DNA of 64,000 bases from a virus (taxonomy: Duplodnaviria > Caudoviricetes). The notes under the pieces are model-generated. The model was not told where the DNA came from and did not search any database. It saw only the letters and a program-made list of their open reading frames with translations. The position numbers were made by a program, and so were the translations under genes. Every line of letters begins with the position of its first letter. Position 1 is the stretch's first letter. Location of the stretch: positions 1 through 64,000 of the IMG/VR virus record IMGVR_UViG_3300021401_000005; one strand, given 5' to 3'. Of this stretch, positions 35,367 to 45,691 are shown one piece after another.

Positions 35367-38300
35367 ATGGGCTCGAAGGGCGGCACCACTCAGCAGACAT
35401 CGACGCAATCCTCGTCGGGTCCCCCGCCCCAGGTCCTGGCCGAGTATCAAGGCCTCGTCGACCGCGCGACCAACGTCGCGAACCAACCCTATCAGCCCTA
35501 CCAGGGCGAACAGGTCGCCCCGCTGGCGTCCCAAACGCTTCAGGGGCTTGGCCAGATCGGGCAGTACGCCAACGCGGCCCAACTTCCCTTATTTGGAGCG
35601 AGCGCGGGCACCTCCCAGGCAATGCAATCGGCGACGGACGAAGCTCTGGGCTCGGCTGGCGCAGCATCGGGCATGACTGGGAATGTGGCGAACGCGGCCA
35701 TGGGCATGACCGAAGCCGCCGCCGCGCCCGTCAACGCGGAGCAATTCCAGGGCCAAAGTTCGCTCCAGCCTTTTATGAACCCGTACACGTCCGATGTTGT
35801 CCAGGCGACCCAGAACGAGTTCAATAATCAGAACCAACAGCAGGCACAGTTTCTCAACAGCGCGAACATAAGTTCAGGCGCGTTCGGCGGCGACAGGGCT
35901 GGCGTCAGCCAGGGGATTCTGGCCAATCAGCAGCAGCTCGCCGAAGCGCCGACGATCGCCGGCTTGAACCAAGCCAACTTCACCCAGGCCATGCAGGACT
36001 GGCAGCAGCAGCAAGGGGTGAACCTCGGGGCAGCGCAAGCGAATCGCAGCGCCTTGATGGGCGCCGCGAACCAGTACGGAAACCTCGGCCTGACTGCCGC
36101 CAACCAGATTGGGAACCTCGGCCTAAACGCCGCGCAAGAAGTCGGGAATGTCGGCCTAGCCGGGTCGAACCAGATGGGGCAGATCGGCCTGTCTGAGCAG
36201 CAAGCAGGGCTTCAGGGCGGCCAAGCGCAGATCCAAGCCGGCACGATCCCGCAGACCGAACAGCAGGCGATCGATACCGCCGCCCAGAACATGTACCAGA
36301 CTGGGCAATCGTATCCGTTCACCACCACCGGCTGGCTCGGCAACATCATCGAGGGAACCGGAAGCCTCTCCGGCGGCCAGGGCTCCAGCACCACGACCTC
36401 TCCTGGGCCGAACGCGATCACTCAGGGGCTCGGCGCGGCCTCGCAAGGCGTTGGGCTCCTGGGCAGCATAATGTCGCTCTCCGACGAGCGCGCGAAGGAG
36501 AACATCGAGCCGATCGGCGAGACCTACGACAATCAGAAAATCTACAGGTACAACTTCAAGGGTGACCCGCGCACCCAGATCGGCTTGCTGGCGCAAGAAG
36601 AGGCCTATCACCATCCAGGCAGCGTCCAGCGGATCGGCATGGGCGATCTGCTTGGCATCGACTACGGCGGCGCGACCGAAGACGCGGCCGATCGCGGTCA
36701 CTTTGCCTCTGGCGGCGCGCCGCCGGCGAGCATGGCGGGGCTGGGCGCCATGGGCGGGATGGGCGGCGGCGGCGCGATGTCTCCGGGCTCGGATCTCATG
36801 TTTAGCGGCGATCCTGGCGCGCGGATGGGCATGGGCACGTTCGCTCTCATGGGCGGCTCCAATGTCCGTCCGGAACCGACTACGGCCATGTCGCGTCCGC
36901 CTGGGTGGGAGCCTCCATATCAGCCTGCGCCGCAGGCGCCTCCGCCGCAGCAGAATTTGCCACAGTCTTCGTTTCGCCAGTTGCAGCAGTATGGTCTTAG
37001 CGGAGGCGAGGCCCGCCCGAGCTTCCAAGGCGGCGGCACGGCCATCACTACCCCAGAGGAAGCCATTCCGATCGGCACGAGCGGCCAGTCCAGCTACACC
37101 CAAGGCTGGCAGCCGGGGGATCTCCTGAACCCTGCCGCTGGTGTATCCGAGGCGTTGTTCGGCGAGGCGACGGCGGGGTCGAAGACCCCCTACTACGGGC
37201 TGGATCTCGACCAGCTGAACGCGATCGGCGGCGGGCAATGGATGCCGCCGGACACCAACGCGCCGCAGCCGGACTATGGGAACCTCCAGAACTCGCCGCA
37301 GTTCGGCGCGGCCGAGAAGTCGCTCTCGGGCCTGTTCGGCCCCGGCTACACGCCGGGATCGACCGGCGCTCCGCCTGCGACATCTCCGGTGGCCGCCGCC
37401 GCCGCCAAGCCCGCCGCGCAACAGCAACCAGCGGGGCATTGGCAATCAGTTGGCGGGACGACCACTGGCGGTGCAGCCGGGGGCGAAAACCTGGGCATGG
37501 GCGCTCAGATCGGAAACGTCTTTCAAAATGAATGGGTGCCCGACCCGGCCGTGTCGACCGTAGCGGCCACCGCCGCGCCGGGGCTCGCGACGGGAAAAGC
37601 AGACGGCGGAGGAGTGAGCATGAGATCCGGCTTCCAGCGCGGCGGCTTCCCGCAATTCACCACCTACCAGCCGACCGCGAACCCGGCGCGCACCCCGCCG
37701 ACCTATACCGCGCTCGATCTCTCGCACATGTTCGGCGGCGGGCAGCAGCCGCAGCAAGCGCCGCGCGCCATCCAGATCCAGCGCCAGCTCGGGCAGGCGC
37801 GCGCCCAGGCGGCGGCCCAGCGTGGCATCGTGCGGCCTCGCGTCATCGCCCCGGACCCGGTGACCGGCCAGCATCACGACATCACCCCGCCCGACCATCC
37901 TTCGACCGCGCGCTATCCCGGCTGGCCGACTCCTGGGCCGGGAAACGCAACCCCTGATGGCTTGCCGATGAGGCCGCCAGCGCGGGTGCCGCTCCAGACC
38001 TCGCCGAACGCCTTTCCTGGGGGCGTGGCCAATCCGACCATTCCGTCTTCGCGCGGCGGCGGCATGGGCTTCCCGAGTTTGGGCATGGTGCCCGCAGCGG
38101 CGGCTGGCACGCCACCGGGACCGCTGGCCTCGGCGTCGTGGTGGGGCGGTTTGCCGAAGGAGGAACTGCCTTCGAGATCTCGTGGCCTGACAACGGTCGC
38201 GCCGCCGCTTGATGGCACGCAGGAATGGAACAAGCCTTCGGCCGAGGTCGAGAGCCCCCGCGAGAGCGCCGAATTTTCAGAGGCGGGGCGACCGCTGATG

Positions 38301-41300
38301 GCGCCGAGGCTCATTGGCGCCGATCCTGGCGGGCAGCACACTTTGCTAGGGCCGCACTCGATGCAGGCGCTCCCGCCGCCGTCCGGCGACGAAGCGCCCA
38401 TGCACAGTGGCTGGGACGTCGACCTCCCGGGCGTCTTCCGAGGCGGTGGCCACGGGATCGCCGCCGAGGCGCGCGGCGGGCGGGTTCCTCGCTACTACGG
38501 AGGCCGGATCGGCCGCGATGACGGCGGCTCGATCCCGATCGGCGGTGGCGCGGGCAACGTCATGGAGGCACCCACTGGCACCCCTGCCTCGCCCGATCTC
38601 AGCGATATCGATTGGAACTCGATCTTCGGCGGGGACCCAGGCCAGGGAGCGGTTAGGACGCCGGACTTCTCCGCGCTTCCCGATGATACGTTCGATCTCG
38701 GCGGCGGCTCTCCGCAGCGCGCCCAGATCGATCCGCGAGCTGTCGCCCAAGCGCCTAGCTTCCAGGGCGCAAGCGGGGGCGGAGGCGGCGGCCCTCACTT
38801 TACCCAGGTCTCCAACATGGGCGGGCCGCCGATCTCCGCGCTTGACCTCTCGGGCCACTACACGCCGACCACCGGCAACGCGCGCGGCGCAACCTATGTC
38901 CCGGGAGCCGGCGGCGCAGCTGGCGCAGGGATCAGCCCGAACGCGCGCGCTGAAGCGCCGGAGCACCCAGCGATTGCGGTGGCGCGCCATATCGCCAGCA
39001 GAGCGCACGCGGCAGGATTCGCGGCGGGCCACGCGGCGGGGAGAGGGGCGTCGGGGAGAATCATCCCGACCCAGATGGGGCCGGAGGGGGTAGCCAGTCC
39101 GAGGCCCTACGGGCCACAGCTGTCCACGAACCCCACCCAGATGGGGCCGGAGGGGGTAGCGAATTATCAGGGCGGCGGCGGCGTCATGGGCTCCTCGCCC
39201 GTCATGAACGCGGGCGCCTACACCCCGCAGGGCGAGGGCGTGACAGGCCAGACCTCGCAGGGTCGAGGCATGGGGTTCGGCGATCTGTTCGGCGGCGGCG
39301 ACCGCGCTGGCTTCCAAACCGGCGGAGAGGCCGGGGTCGATCCGTTCCTGGCGGCGATTGACGCCGCCGTGACGCAGGGGCCGAGAGGACAAGGCCCGCC
39401 CCAGGCGCCCCAGGCGCCCAAGCCGCCGGAGCCGCCGGGGCAGGGGCAGCAACCGGGAGGCGACCTCGGCAAGAACATCCAGAGCCTTACCAGCGGTATC
39501 AAAGGCCTCGGCGGCCAATCGCAAGGCGGGGGCGGGGGCGGGGACGGCTCATCGGGCCTGACCGGCGGCGACCCGAGTGACCTCTCCGGAGGCTGGGGCG
39601 ACATGGCGGGCACGCCGAATATGGACGACGCCTCGCTCGGTCTGTCCATGGGCGATGATTTCGGCTTTGCGATGGGAGGTGGCGTGGGGCTTGGCTCCCT
39701 ACGCGGTGGCTTTTCCGATGGCGGGACGCCGGACCTCGATGCGCTCGATGCCGAGGTTGCAGGGGCTCCGCCCCCTGGCCAAGTAGCGGCCGCTCCCGCG
39801 ACGGGCGCAGGCAAAGGAGGCGGAGGCGGGAACGTCTCTGACCTCATCAATCAGAATTTCGGCAATCGAGCGGGATACGCCTCGACGATCTCCTCGCTCG
39901 AAAGCAGCATGGGCAAGAACTATGTCGGCGACGGCGGCTCGTCCTTCGGGCCGTACATGCTGCACTACGGCGGGGTCAGTCAGAAGTATCCGCACCCCGG
40001 TCTCGGTGATGAGTTCACCAAGCAGACCGGCCTCGATGCGCGCGATCCGTCGACCGTGCCGCAACAGATCAAATTCGTTGCGGATTACACCGCCGCGCAC
40101 GGCTGGCACGATTGGTCGACGAAGGCCCAAGCCGACAAGCTAACGGGCGGCGCGCCGACTGCGGTGGCCGGCGCTGATGTCCCGTCTGCGGCAGCTCAGC
40201 CCGCGCAGGCGAGCACGGAAGCCTACGGCGGCGGCTTCCAGATTCCTCCTGGCCAGGGCAGTCCGCCTCCTGGGCAGCTGAACCGGGCCAATCTTCAGGC
40301 GCCCACCATGGGCGACGAGATCCGGCACGATCCGTTCGGCTACATGATGACGGTCGGCGCGGGGATGATGGCTTCGCGCTCGCCGTGGCTCGGCGTGGGG
40401 ATCGGCGAAGGCTTCGAGGCCGGGAACAAATACCTCCAGTCGCAGAAAGAGCTGGAGAAGAGCTGGGGCCAGACGCAGGCGCAGATCAACAACCTGTCGC
40501 AGGAAGCGCGCGATCATGGCGCGGACGCGGATCTGAAGGCCCAGCAGCTCCAGACTGCGTCGCTGATGAACAAGCTCATGATTGAGAGGATGCGCCAGAA
40601 AGGTCTGATCCCCGGCGGGACCAGCGGCGCGCCCTCGCCAGCGCCCACAGGAGGCCCAGGACAGGGCCTCCAGCCTACCCAGCCCCTTACGACCCTCGGC
40701 GGCGGCTCGGGCTCCAGCGGGGCTCCTAGCGGCCCCAGCGCGCCATCCGGAGGTGCCGCCGCTCCTTCCGGTCCGGCTCCTGCGGACCCAGATGCGGCCC
40801 CGAGGATCGAGGACGACCCGCTCTACAAGCAGGCCCAGGATCTATACACGAAGGCTCAAGACGCGGAACTCGACGACAGATTGATGGGCACGCACACGGC
40901 CGAGGATATGCGGGCACAGGCTAAGGAGCTGAGCGACGCCGCGCAGAAGAATTTCGAGAAAACCTCGGCCCCCTACGGCGCGAAAATCGAAGCGCAAAAG
41001 GCTGGCTTTACCGAGTACCAGAAGAGGGCTGACGAGTTCACTGGCGACTATCAGAGCAATGTCGAGATGCTTCAGCAGCTCGGGAAGATCTACCAGCACT
41101 ATCGATCCGGAACCGGCGCGGGAGACATCGGCGAAATTCAGGGCTTCGCCGATCGCTTCGGCCTCGGCGGTGTTCTGCCGCAGGGGTGGGACAAGGCCGG
41201 TTATGACGCCGCCATGAAGACGGCGGTCGATGCCGCCTTCCAAAAGATGCAGTCCAGCGGAGCTAACAAGGCGCCCAGGTCCATCATGCAAGAGGCGTTG

Positions 41301-41636
41301 ACGACTTCGCCGACGCCAACCAACGATCCGGCAGCCAACTGGAAGATCATCACCGAGACCCTGGCGCGGCTCAAATACAGCAAGGAGATGATGGACTCGG
41401 TCATGGGGAGCGGTTCACTCAACGTTACCAAGGCTGAGAACGCCTGGATGAAGACACACGCCTCGCTTGATCCCTATCGGTCCGAGGCGCGCAAGAACAC
41501 GCCAGTGTTCATGGGCATGACGCCTGACACCTATGCTCAAGTCACCGGCGCCAAGCTGGAGAAGGCCAAAGATGGTCGAGTTTTCGACCGCGAGAGCGGC
41601 AAGGTGTGGGACGCGAAGGGCAACCCGTTGAACTAA
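35367..41636 (+). CDS. giant internal virion/DNA ejection protein (2089 aa) with peptidase S74-like and lysozyme-like domains
   Basis: MGSKGG..YQPYQGEQVA..FMNPY..GAFGGDR ejection-type N-terminus; SDERAKENI..IYRYNFKG..IGLLAQE; SLESS..GDGGSSFGPYMLH. Confidence 0.8.
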   Translation: MGSKGGTTQQTSTQSSSGPPPQVLAEYQGLVDRATNVANQPYQPYQGEQVAPLASQTLQGLGQIGQYANAAQLPLFGASAGTSQAMQSATDEALGSAGAASGMTGNVANAAMGMTEAAAAPVNAEQFQGQSSLQPFMNPYTSDVVQATQNEFNNQNQQQAQFLNSANISSGAFGGDRAGVSQGILANQQQLAEAPTIAGLNQANFTQAMQDWQQQQGVNLGAAQANRSALMGAANQYGNLGLTAANQIGNLGLNAAQEVGNVGLAGSNQMGQIGLSEQQAGLQGGQAQIQAGTIPQTEQQAIDTAAQNMYQTGQSYPFTTTGWLGNIIEGTGSLSGGQGSSTTTSPGPNAITQGLGAASQGVGLLGSIMSLSDERAKENIEPIGETYDNQKIYRYNFKGDPRTQIGLLAQEEAYHHPGSVQRIGMGDLLGIDYGGATEDAADRGHFASGGAPPASMAGLGAMGGMGGGGAMSPGSDLMFSGDPGARMGMGTFALMGGSNVRPEPTTAMSRPPGWEPPYQPAPQAPPPQQNLPQSSFRQLQQYGLSGGEARPSFQGGGTAITTPEEAIPIGTSGQSSYTQGWQPGDLLNPAAGVSEALFGEATAGSKTPYYGLDLDQLNAIGGGQWMPPDTNAPQPDYGNLQNSPQFGAAEKSLSGLFGPGYTPGSTGAPPATSPVAAAAAKPAAQQQPAGHWQSVGGTTTGGAAGGENLGMGAQIGNVFQNEWVPDPAVSTVAATAAPGLATGKADGGGVSMRSGFQRGGFPQFTTYQPTANPARTPPTYTALDLSHMFGGGQQPQQAPRAIQIQRQLGQARAQAAAQRGIVRPRVIAPDPVTGQHHDITPPDHPSTARYPGWPTPGPGNATPDGLPMRPPARVPLQTSPNAFPGGVANPTIPSSRGGGMGFPSLGMVPAAAAGTPPGPLASASWWGGLPKEELPSRSRGLTTVAPPLDGTQEWNKPSAEVESPRESAEFSEAGRPLMAPRLIGADPGGQHTLLGPHSMQALPPPSGDEAPMHSGWDVDLPGVFRGGGHGIAAEARGGRVPRYYGGRIGRDDGGSIPIGGGAGNVMEAPTGTPASPDLSDIDWNSIFGGDPGQGAVRTPDFSALPDDTFDLGGGSPQRAQIDPRAVAQAPSFQGASGGGGGGPHFTQVSNMGGPPISALDLSGHYTPTTGNARGATYVPGAGGAAGAGISPNARAEAPEHPAIAVARHIASRAHAAGFAAGHAAGRGASGRIIPTQMGPEGVASPRPYGPQLSTNPTQMGPEGVANYQGGGGVMGSSPVMNAGAYTPQGEGVTGQTSQGRGMGFGDLFGGGDRAGFQTGGEAGVDPFLAAIDAAVTQGPRGQGPPQAPQAPKPPEPPGQGQQPGGDLGKNIQSLTSGIKGLGGQSQGGGGGGDGSSGLTGGDPSDLSGGWGDMAGTPNMDDASLGLSMGDDFGFAMGGGVGLGSLRGGFSDGGTPDLDALDAEVAGAPPPGQVAAAPATGAGKGGGGGNVSDLINQNFGNRAGYASTISSLESSMGKNYVGDGGSSFGPYMLHYGGVSQKYPHPGLGDEFTKQTGLDARDPSTVPQQIKFVADYTAAHGWHDWSTKAQADKLTGGAPTAVAGADVPSAAAQPAQASTEAYGGGFQIPPGQGSPPPGQLNRANLQAPTMGDEIRHDPFGYMMTVGAGMMASRSPWLGVGIGEGFEAGNKYLQSQKELEKSWGQTQAQINNLSQEARDHGADADLKAQQLQTASLMNKLMIERMRQKGLIPGGTSGAPSPAPTGGPGQGLQPTQPLTTLGGGSGSSGAPSGPSAPSGGAAAPSGPAPADPDAAPRIEDDPLYKQAQDLYTKAQDAELDDRLMGTHTAEDMRAQAKELSDAAQKNFEKTSAPYGAKIEAQKAGFTEYQKRADEFTGDYQSNVEMLQQLGKIYQHYRSGTGAGDIGEIQGFADRFGLGGVLPQGWDKAGYDAAMKTAVDAAFQKMQSSGANKAPRSIMQEALTTSPTPTNDPAANWKIITETLARLKYSKEMMDSVMGSGSLNVTKAENAWMKTHASLDPYRSEARKNTPVFMGMTPDTYAQVTGAKLEKAKDGRVFDRESGKVWDAKGNPLN

Positions 41637-41637
41637 G

Positions 41638-43395
41638 ATGGCCAACGACACCAACCCTGACCTGACCATCCCCGATCAATCCGAAACGACGCCCTATGTC
41701 CCATCAGCTGGGGCGCCGCCTGTGGCAGCGCCGCCCGTGGCAGCGGGGTCAACTGATCTTCCTGCCCCTTCGGAAACGACGCCCTATGTCCCAGGGGCGC
41801 CGAAACCTGGGGCGGCGCCAGTTACGGCAGGCGGGGTGGCCGCGCAGTTCGGCCGGGGCGCTGAATCCGCGCCCTATCACGTCGCCGGGACGCCGGTCGA
41901 TCTCGGCACCACGGTGCATGACGTGGTGAATAACCCGAAATTCTGGAGCGTTTTCGGCCCCGGAGTGTCGTTCAGCGATATGCCGAAGCGCGATCAGCCC
42001 GTCGTTGGTGGCTCCGACTGGCTAATGCAGCAGGCCGGGGAGAAAATCAGCCCGCAGCTCAACCCCAACAATTACCCACCGCAGAACGAGGCGGAGCGCC
42101 TCGCGCGAAGCGCAGGCGACGTCGGAACGCAAGCGCTGATGGGTCGAGGCATCTTTGCTGGGGTCGGGGCATTAAGGGGCGTGCCGTCGTCAATCAGCAT
42201 CGGCAGACAGCTCGCGGGCGCTGGGGTTGGCGGGATGGGAGGCGGATTCGGCGGTGTGGCGGGGCGCGACGCCGCGTCCAAGGCCATCGATCTCTATCCC
42301 AACTTTCGCGCGCAGCACCCCGACGCAGCCCAGACGATCGAGACCGCCAGCGGTTTTGTCGGTGGCGGCGTTGGCGGCCTGACTGGTTCCGGCATCGCCA
42401 ACCGCTTCGGGGCTCCTGGCGGTGCGCCTGCGGCTAGCCAGTCTCCCAAGGAATTGGAAACGATCGCCAAGAACCAATACACGACCGCGAATAATATCCC
42501 GGCAAACTTCACGCCGTCAGGGGTCGCCGCCTGGGCCAATTGGCACTTGCAGAACCTCTACAAGAACTATGGATCGGCGGATATTGGCCCGGTTGTGTCG
42601 CGGCTGAATAAGCTCGCCAATCCTCCGGCGAATGCCGTTCATGTTCCGCTAAAAGAGCTAACTTCCCTCGATGACGATCTCGGCGGGGTCGGTAAAATTC
42701 TTCCCGGCGGCGTGGATAAGTTGCGTTCGGCCGCCGCAGACACGCAACGCTCGATCAAAGGTTTCATCCGGAACCCACCACCAGGGACCATCCACTCGGG
42801 TGATCCCATTTTGGCCGCGCAAACTTACAAGACGGCTGACGCAAATTTCGGCGCGGCTAGGCGAGGCCAGAAGTTAGCGGACATCCAGACGGACGCCGCG
42901 CTGCCGGGGAGACCTTCGGCGCGAGCGCAAGTCACGAATCTTGTTCGCCCGAGCGTGATCGACAAGCAGTTACGTGGGTTCCCAGATGAAGACAGACAAA
43001 GTCTGACCGAGTACGCCCACGGAACGCCGCTCGGGAATGCCCTAGAGAATTTTGCTGGGCCAGCTGGCGGTCATGGCGGGAGCGGCGCCTTTGGGGCGCT
43101 ATACCCAGTGATCGAGGGCGCGAAAGTCGGCGGCGAATTGGGGCACCATATAGGCGGCCTGCCCGGTCGGGTTATCGGCGGCACGCTTGGTGCTTTTGCT
43201 TACCCCGCCGCAAAGGGGATCGCGCGGCGAGCCGCAAACTGGCGGCAGCCCCAACTCAGCCCGATCATCCAGCAAACAATGTCCAGGGCGCCGGGTTACC
43301 AAACTCCCACGCCCGCCTCGCCGTTCCGGACTGCGGTTCCAGTCGGCCTTGGCGCTCTCAGTGGTCTCGCGGATCAAGAGGGCGACGGTCAATGA
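41638..43395 (+). CDS. putative internal virion/ejection protein
   Basis: Gly/Ala-rich with hydrophobic GxxxG segments; SETTPYVP repeated twice; last gene of the structural operon. Confidence 0.65.
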   Translation: MANDTNPDLTIPDQSETTPYVPSAGAPPVAAPPVAAGSTDLPAPSETTPYVPGAPKPGAAPVTAGGVAAQFGRGAESAPYHVAGTPVDLGTTVHDVVNNPKFWSVFGPGVSFSDMPKRDQPVVGGSDWLMQQAGEKISPQLNPNNYPPQNEAERLARSAGDVGTQALMGRGIFAGVGALRGVPSSISIGRQLAGAGVGGMGGGFGGVAGRDAASKAIDLYPNFRAQHPDAAQTIETASGFVGGGVGGLTGSGIANRFGAPGGAPAASQSPKELETIAKNQYTTANNIPANFTPSGVAAWANWHLQNLYKNYGSADIGPVVSRLNKLANPPANAVHVPLKELTSLDDDLGGVGKILPGGVDKLRSAAADTQRSIKGFIRNPPPGTIHSGDPILAAQTYKTADANFGAARRGQKLADIQTDAALPGRPSARAQVTNLVRPSVIDKQLRGFPDEDRQSLTEYAHGTPLGNALENFAGPAGGHGGSGAFGALYPVIEGAKVGGELGHHIGGLPGRVIGGTLGAFAYPAAKGIARRAANWRQPQLSPIIQQTMSRAPGYQTPTPASPFRTAVPVGLGALSGLADQEGDGQ

Positions 43396-43667
43396 GGCAA
43401 GACGAGGAACAGTGCTCCGAGGATGGAGCAGAGAACGACGGCGACACTCGCGAGTACTGTCAAGTCATGCTTTCGCTCGGCTGCGGTTGGACGATGGGCG
43501 GAAATCCTCGCGTCGCGGGCCGACCGGACTATCATAGCGATGACGGAAATTACCCCCACGAGCGTCACCCAAAAGATCGCCCAAAGCACCACGCCTAACG
43601 CGCCGCCACCCACCGCAAGGGCGAGCGAAAACATCATCGTGAAAAACAGGACCCACAAGCTTGCCAT
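43389..43667 (-). CDS. small membrane protein
   Basis: MASLWVLFF.., about 3 hydrophobic segments. Confidence 0.5.
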   Translation of the reverse strand: MASLWVLFFTMMFSLALAVGGGALGVVLWAIFWVTLVGVISVIAMIVRSARDARISAHRPTAAERKHDLTVLASVAVVLCSILGALFLVLPH

Positions 43668-43671
43668 CGCC

Positions 43672-43914
43672 CTATCTCCCCAGCTTCTCGTTGGGCAAGG
43701 TGATGATGATCGGCTGCGGGGCGGGTTGATGGGCATTCAAGTAGGTCACGATCACGCCGCCAATGACGCCTCCGGCGACAAGGAGACTGACCATAAGAGC
43801 CGCGAACTGAATGCGGTACTTGCGCGGCTCGAAAATAATTTCTTGGGTTTTGCGCGCGATGTCTGTGCGGATTTGCTCGCGCCGCAATTCGTCCGCGTGG
43901 TCGGCTAGGCTCAT
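43672..43914 (-). CDS. small membrane protein
   Basis: RBS AGGAG; MSLADHADELRRE.., one TM helix. Confidence 0.6.
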   Translation of the reverse strand: MSLADHADELRREQIRTDIARKTQEIIFEPRKYRIQFAALMVSLLVAGGVIGGVIVTYLNAHQPAPQPIIITLPNEKLGR

Positions 43915-43952
43915 GGTTTCGACTCCTGTAGGCCACCCAAATATAGCGTGAT

Positions 43953-43967
43953 TTGCACGAACTGCAA
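43953..43967. promoter_or_regulatory. TTGCA-N5-TGCAA operator
   Basis: TTGCA-cgaac-TGCAA; 43950-43970 matches 17077-17097 at 20 of 21 nt. Confidence 0.65.
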
Positions 43968-43969
43968 GA

Positions 43970-44293
43970 TCAGCCCTCGCGCCGCTGCCGCGCTTTCGCC
44001 TCAAGCCGCTCCGCTCGGCGGATCATGCCCGCAGCCCTTGCTCTCAATGACTGGGCTTCATGCTCCAAAATATCAGGGGCCAATTCCTCGGCCAAATAGC
44101 GCTCGCCGTCGAAGGCAAGCATCAGCTGGTCCGGATCGTTCAGCTCAATTGCGATCAGCTGACGCAGTCGGACCCGACCCAGGCGCTCGCGGGTTTTTTC
44201 CGGAAGGGCTTCCCAGACTGCGTCCTCAAGTGGGACGGCGCGGTGGACATCGGCAACGGCATCTTTGATCAGGTCCGAGATCCGGTCGCTCAT
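43970..44293 (-). CDS. hypothetical protein
   Basis: 107-aa helical ORF. Confidence 0.55.
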   Translation of the reverse strand: MSDRISDLIKDAVADVHRAVPLEDAVWEALPEKTRERLGRVRLRQLIAIELNDPDQLMLAFDGERYLAEELAPDILEHEAQSLRARAAGMIRRAERLEAKARQRREG

Positions 44294-44378
44294 CGGTCAT
44301 GCTCACTTATCGTTTCGTTATGGTCCCGTTTATCGTAATGGCATGACGATAAGCAAGGCCGATAAAGGGACGATAAGC

Positions 44379-44720
44379 ATGCCTCGTGGATTAGGTAGGG
44401 TGCAGTTGGCGATCGTTGAGCGACTCCGGCTCGCGTCGGAAAGGAAGCTCGGCCGCTTCGTGGAAGATCAGACTCCAGTTCAGCTGGCGTGTCACATCTA
44501 TGGGTATGAGGAGCCCCGAGAGGTCACTGACAATCAGCTGCAAGCGATCCGGAAGGCGCTCAGATCTCTGTTGCGGTACTCGATCGTTACGACCCTCGAT
44601 TACCGATCGCCAGAAGGCGAGCGGAGATACCAGCTCCACAAACGTGCGCTGTCGAGCCGCAAGCTTAAGCCGCGAGGGGATGGGCCGCCGAAGCCGAGTG
44701 GCCTGAAGGTCGTCAAATGA
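44379..44720 (+). CDS. basic hypothetical protein, possible winged helix
   Basis: QAIRKALRSLLRYSIV..RRYQL; start uncertain. Confidence 0.45.
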   Translation: MPRGLGRVQLAIVERLRLASERKLGRFVEDQTPVQLACHIYGYEEPREVTDNQLQAIRKALRSLLRYSIVTTLDYRSPEGERRYQLHKRALSSRKLKPRGDGPPKPSGLKVVK

Positions 44721-44823
44721 GAGGGGATCGGTGATCTCGCGCGTTGACGGTAGCCCGGGCGTCATCGAATCGTGCTACTCGCAAGGCGCTGAAAGGGAAG
44801 AAACCCCCCAAAGGAGAAACGTA

Positions 44824-45489
44824 ATGGCAAGAGGAAAGCAATTAGTCTGGATTACCCCCGTTCATTTTGATCATGCAGGACGCCCCGTCGATCCCGATTA
44901 CGGCGTCGATGAAGGCGTTGACCCAGGATACGGCATTCCGGGCGGCGGTCGCCCTCCTCACGTCGGCAACCGGCCTCCTGGCTCTTGGGGCGGGTTCCCT
45001 GGCCATCCTGACCAGGGGCTTCCCGGCGGCGGCTGGGGCGGTCGCCCGGTCGATCCGGGCTACGGCGTCGAGGGCGGCGGCGAGGCGGGTCAGCTCCCGG
45101 TCTTCCCGGTCGATCCCGAGCACCCGGATCAGGGTTTGCCGCCGGAAGTGCCACCGGGCATTCCGGAGCTTCCCCCAGGCACTATCTGGCCGCCGCTGCC
45201 GCCCAGCATTCCCGCCGGCAAGGCGATTGCTGTGGTCTGGATTTCCGGCGTCGGCTCGCGCTACGCGGTGATCGACATTCCGGAGCGCCCGGTCGATCCG
45301 GGCTACGGCGTCGGCGAAGAGCATCCGGACCAAGGCTTGCCTCCGACACGCCCTCGTCCGCCGACCGCAGGCCAACCCTTGCCCCCGACCGGCCGCCCGC
45401 CGCGTCCTGGCCAAGGCCTGCCCCGCCCGCCAGGAGCCCCGCCGCGTCCGGATCAGGGCTTGCCTCCGACGGCCCAGCCGAAGCGGTAA
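44824..45489 (+). CDS. Pro/Gly-rich repeat protein
   Basis: RBS AAGGAG; repeats VDP[DG]YG x4 and [HR]P[DG]QGLP x5. Confidence 0.75.
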   Translation: MARGKQLVWITPVHFDHAGRPVDPDYGVDEGVDPGYGIPGGGRPPHVGNRPPGSWGGFPGHPDQGLPGGGWGGRPVDPGYGVEGGGEAGQLPVFPVDPEHPDQGLPPEVPPGIPELPPGTIWPPLPPSIPAGKAIAVVWISGVGSRYAVIDIPERPVDPGYGVGEEHPDQGLPPTRPRPPTAGQPLPPTGRPPRPGQGLPRPPGAPPRPDQGLPPTAQPKR

Positions 45490-45691
45490 ACACCGCCGAA
45501 TCGCTGAGGTCTCTCGCGCAGGGGCAGTAGGCGATTAAAGCGGCGGCGGCGCGTACCTCCCACGGCGCCGCCGCTGCCGACCTTTTTACGTCGAAATTGC
45601 GACGGATTTGGCGCCCCGTGCGAGTGAGTGTTATCAAACTGTGTTTGTAGAGTTGTAGGGGGGACCTACAGCTGAAACACGGGATGATGTA

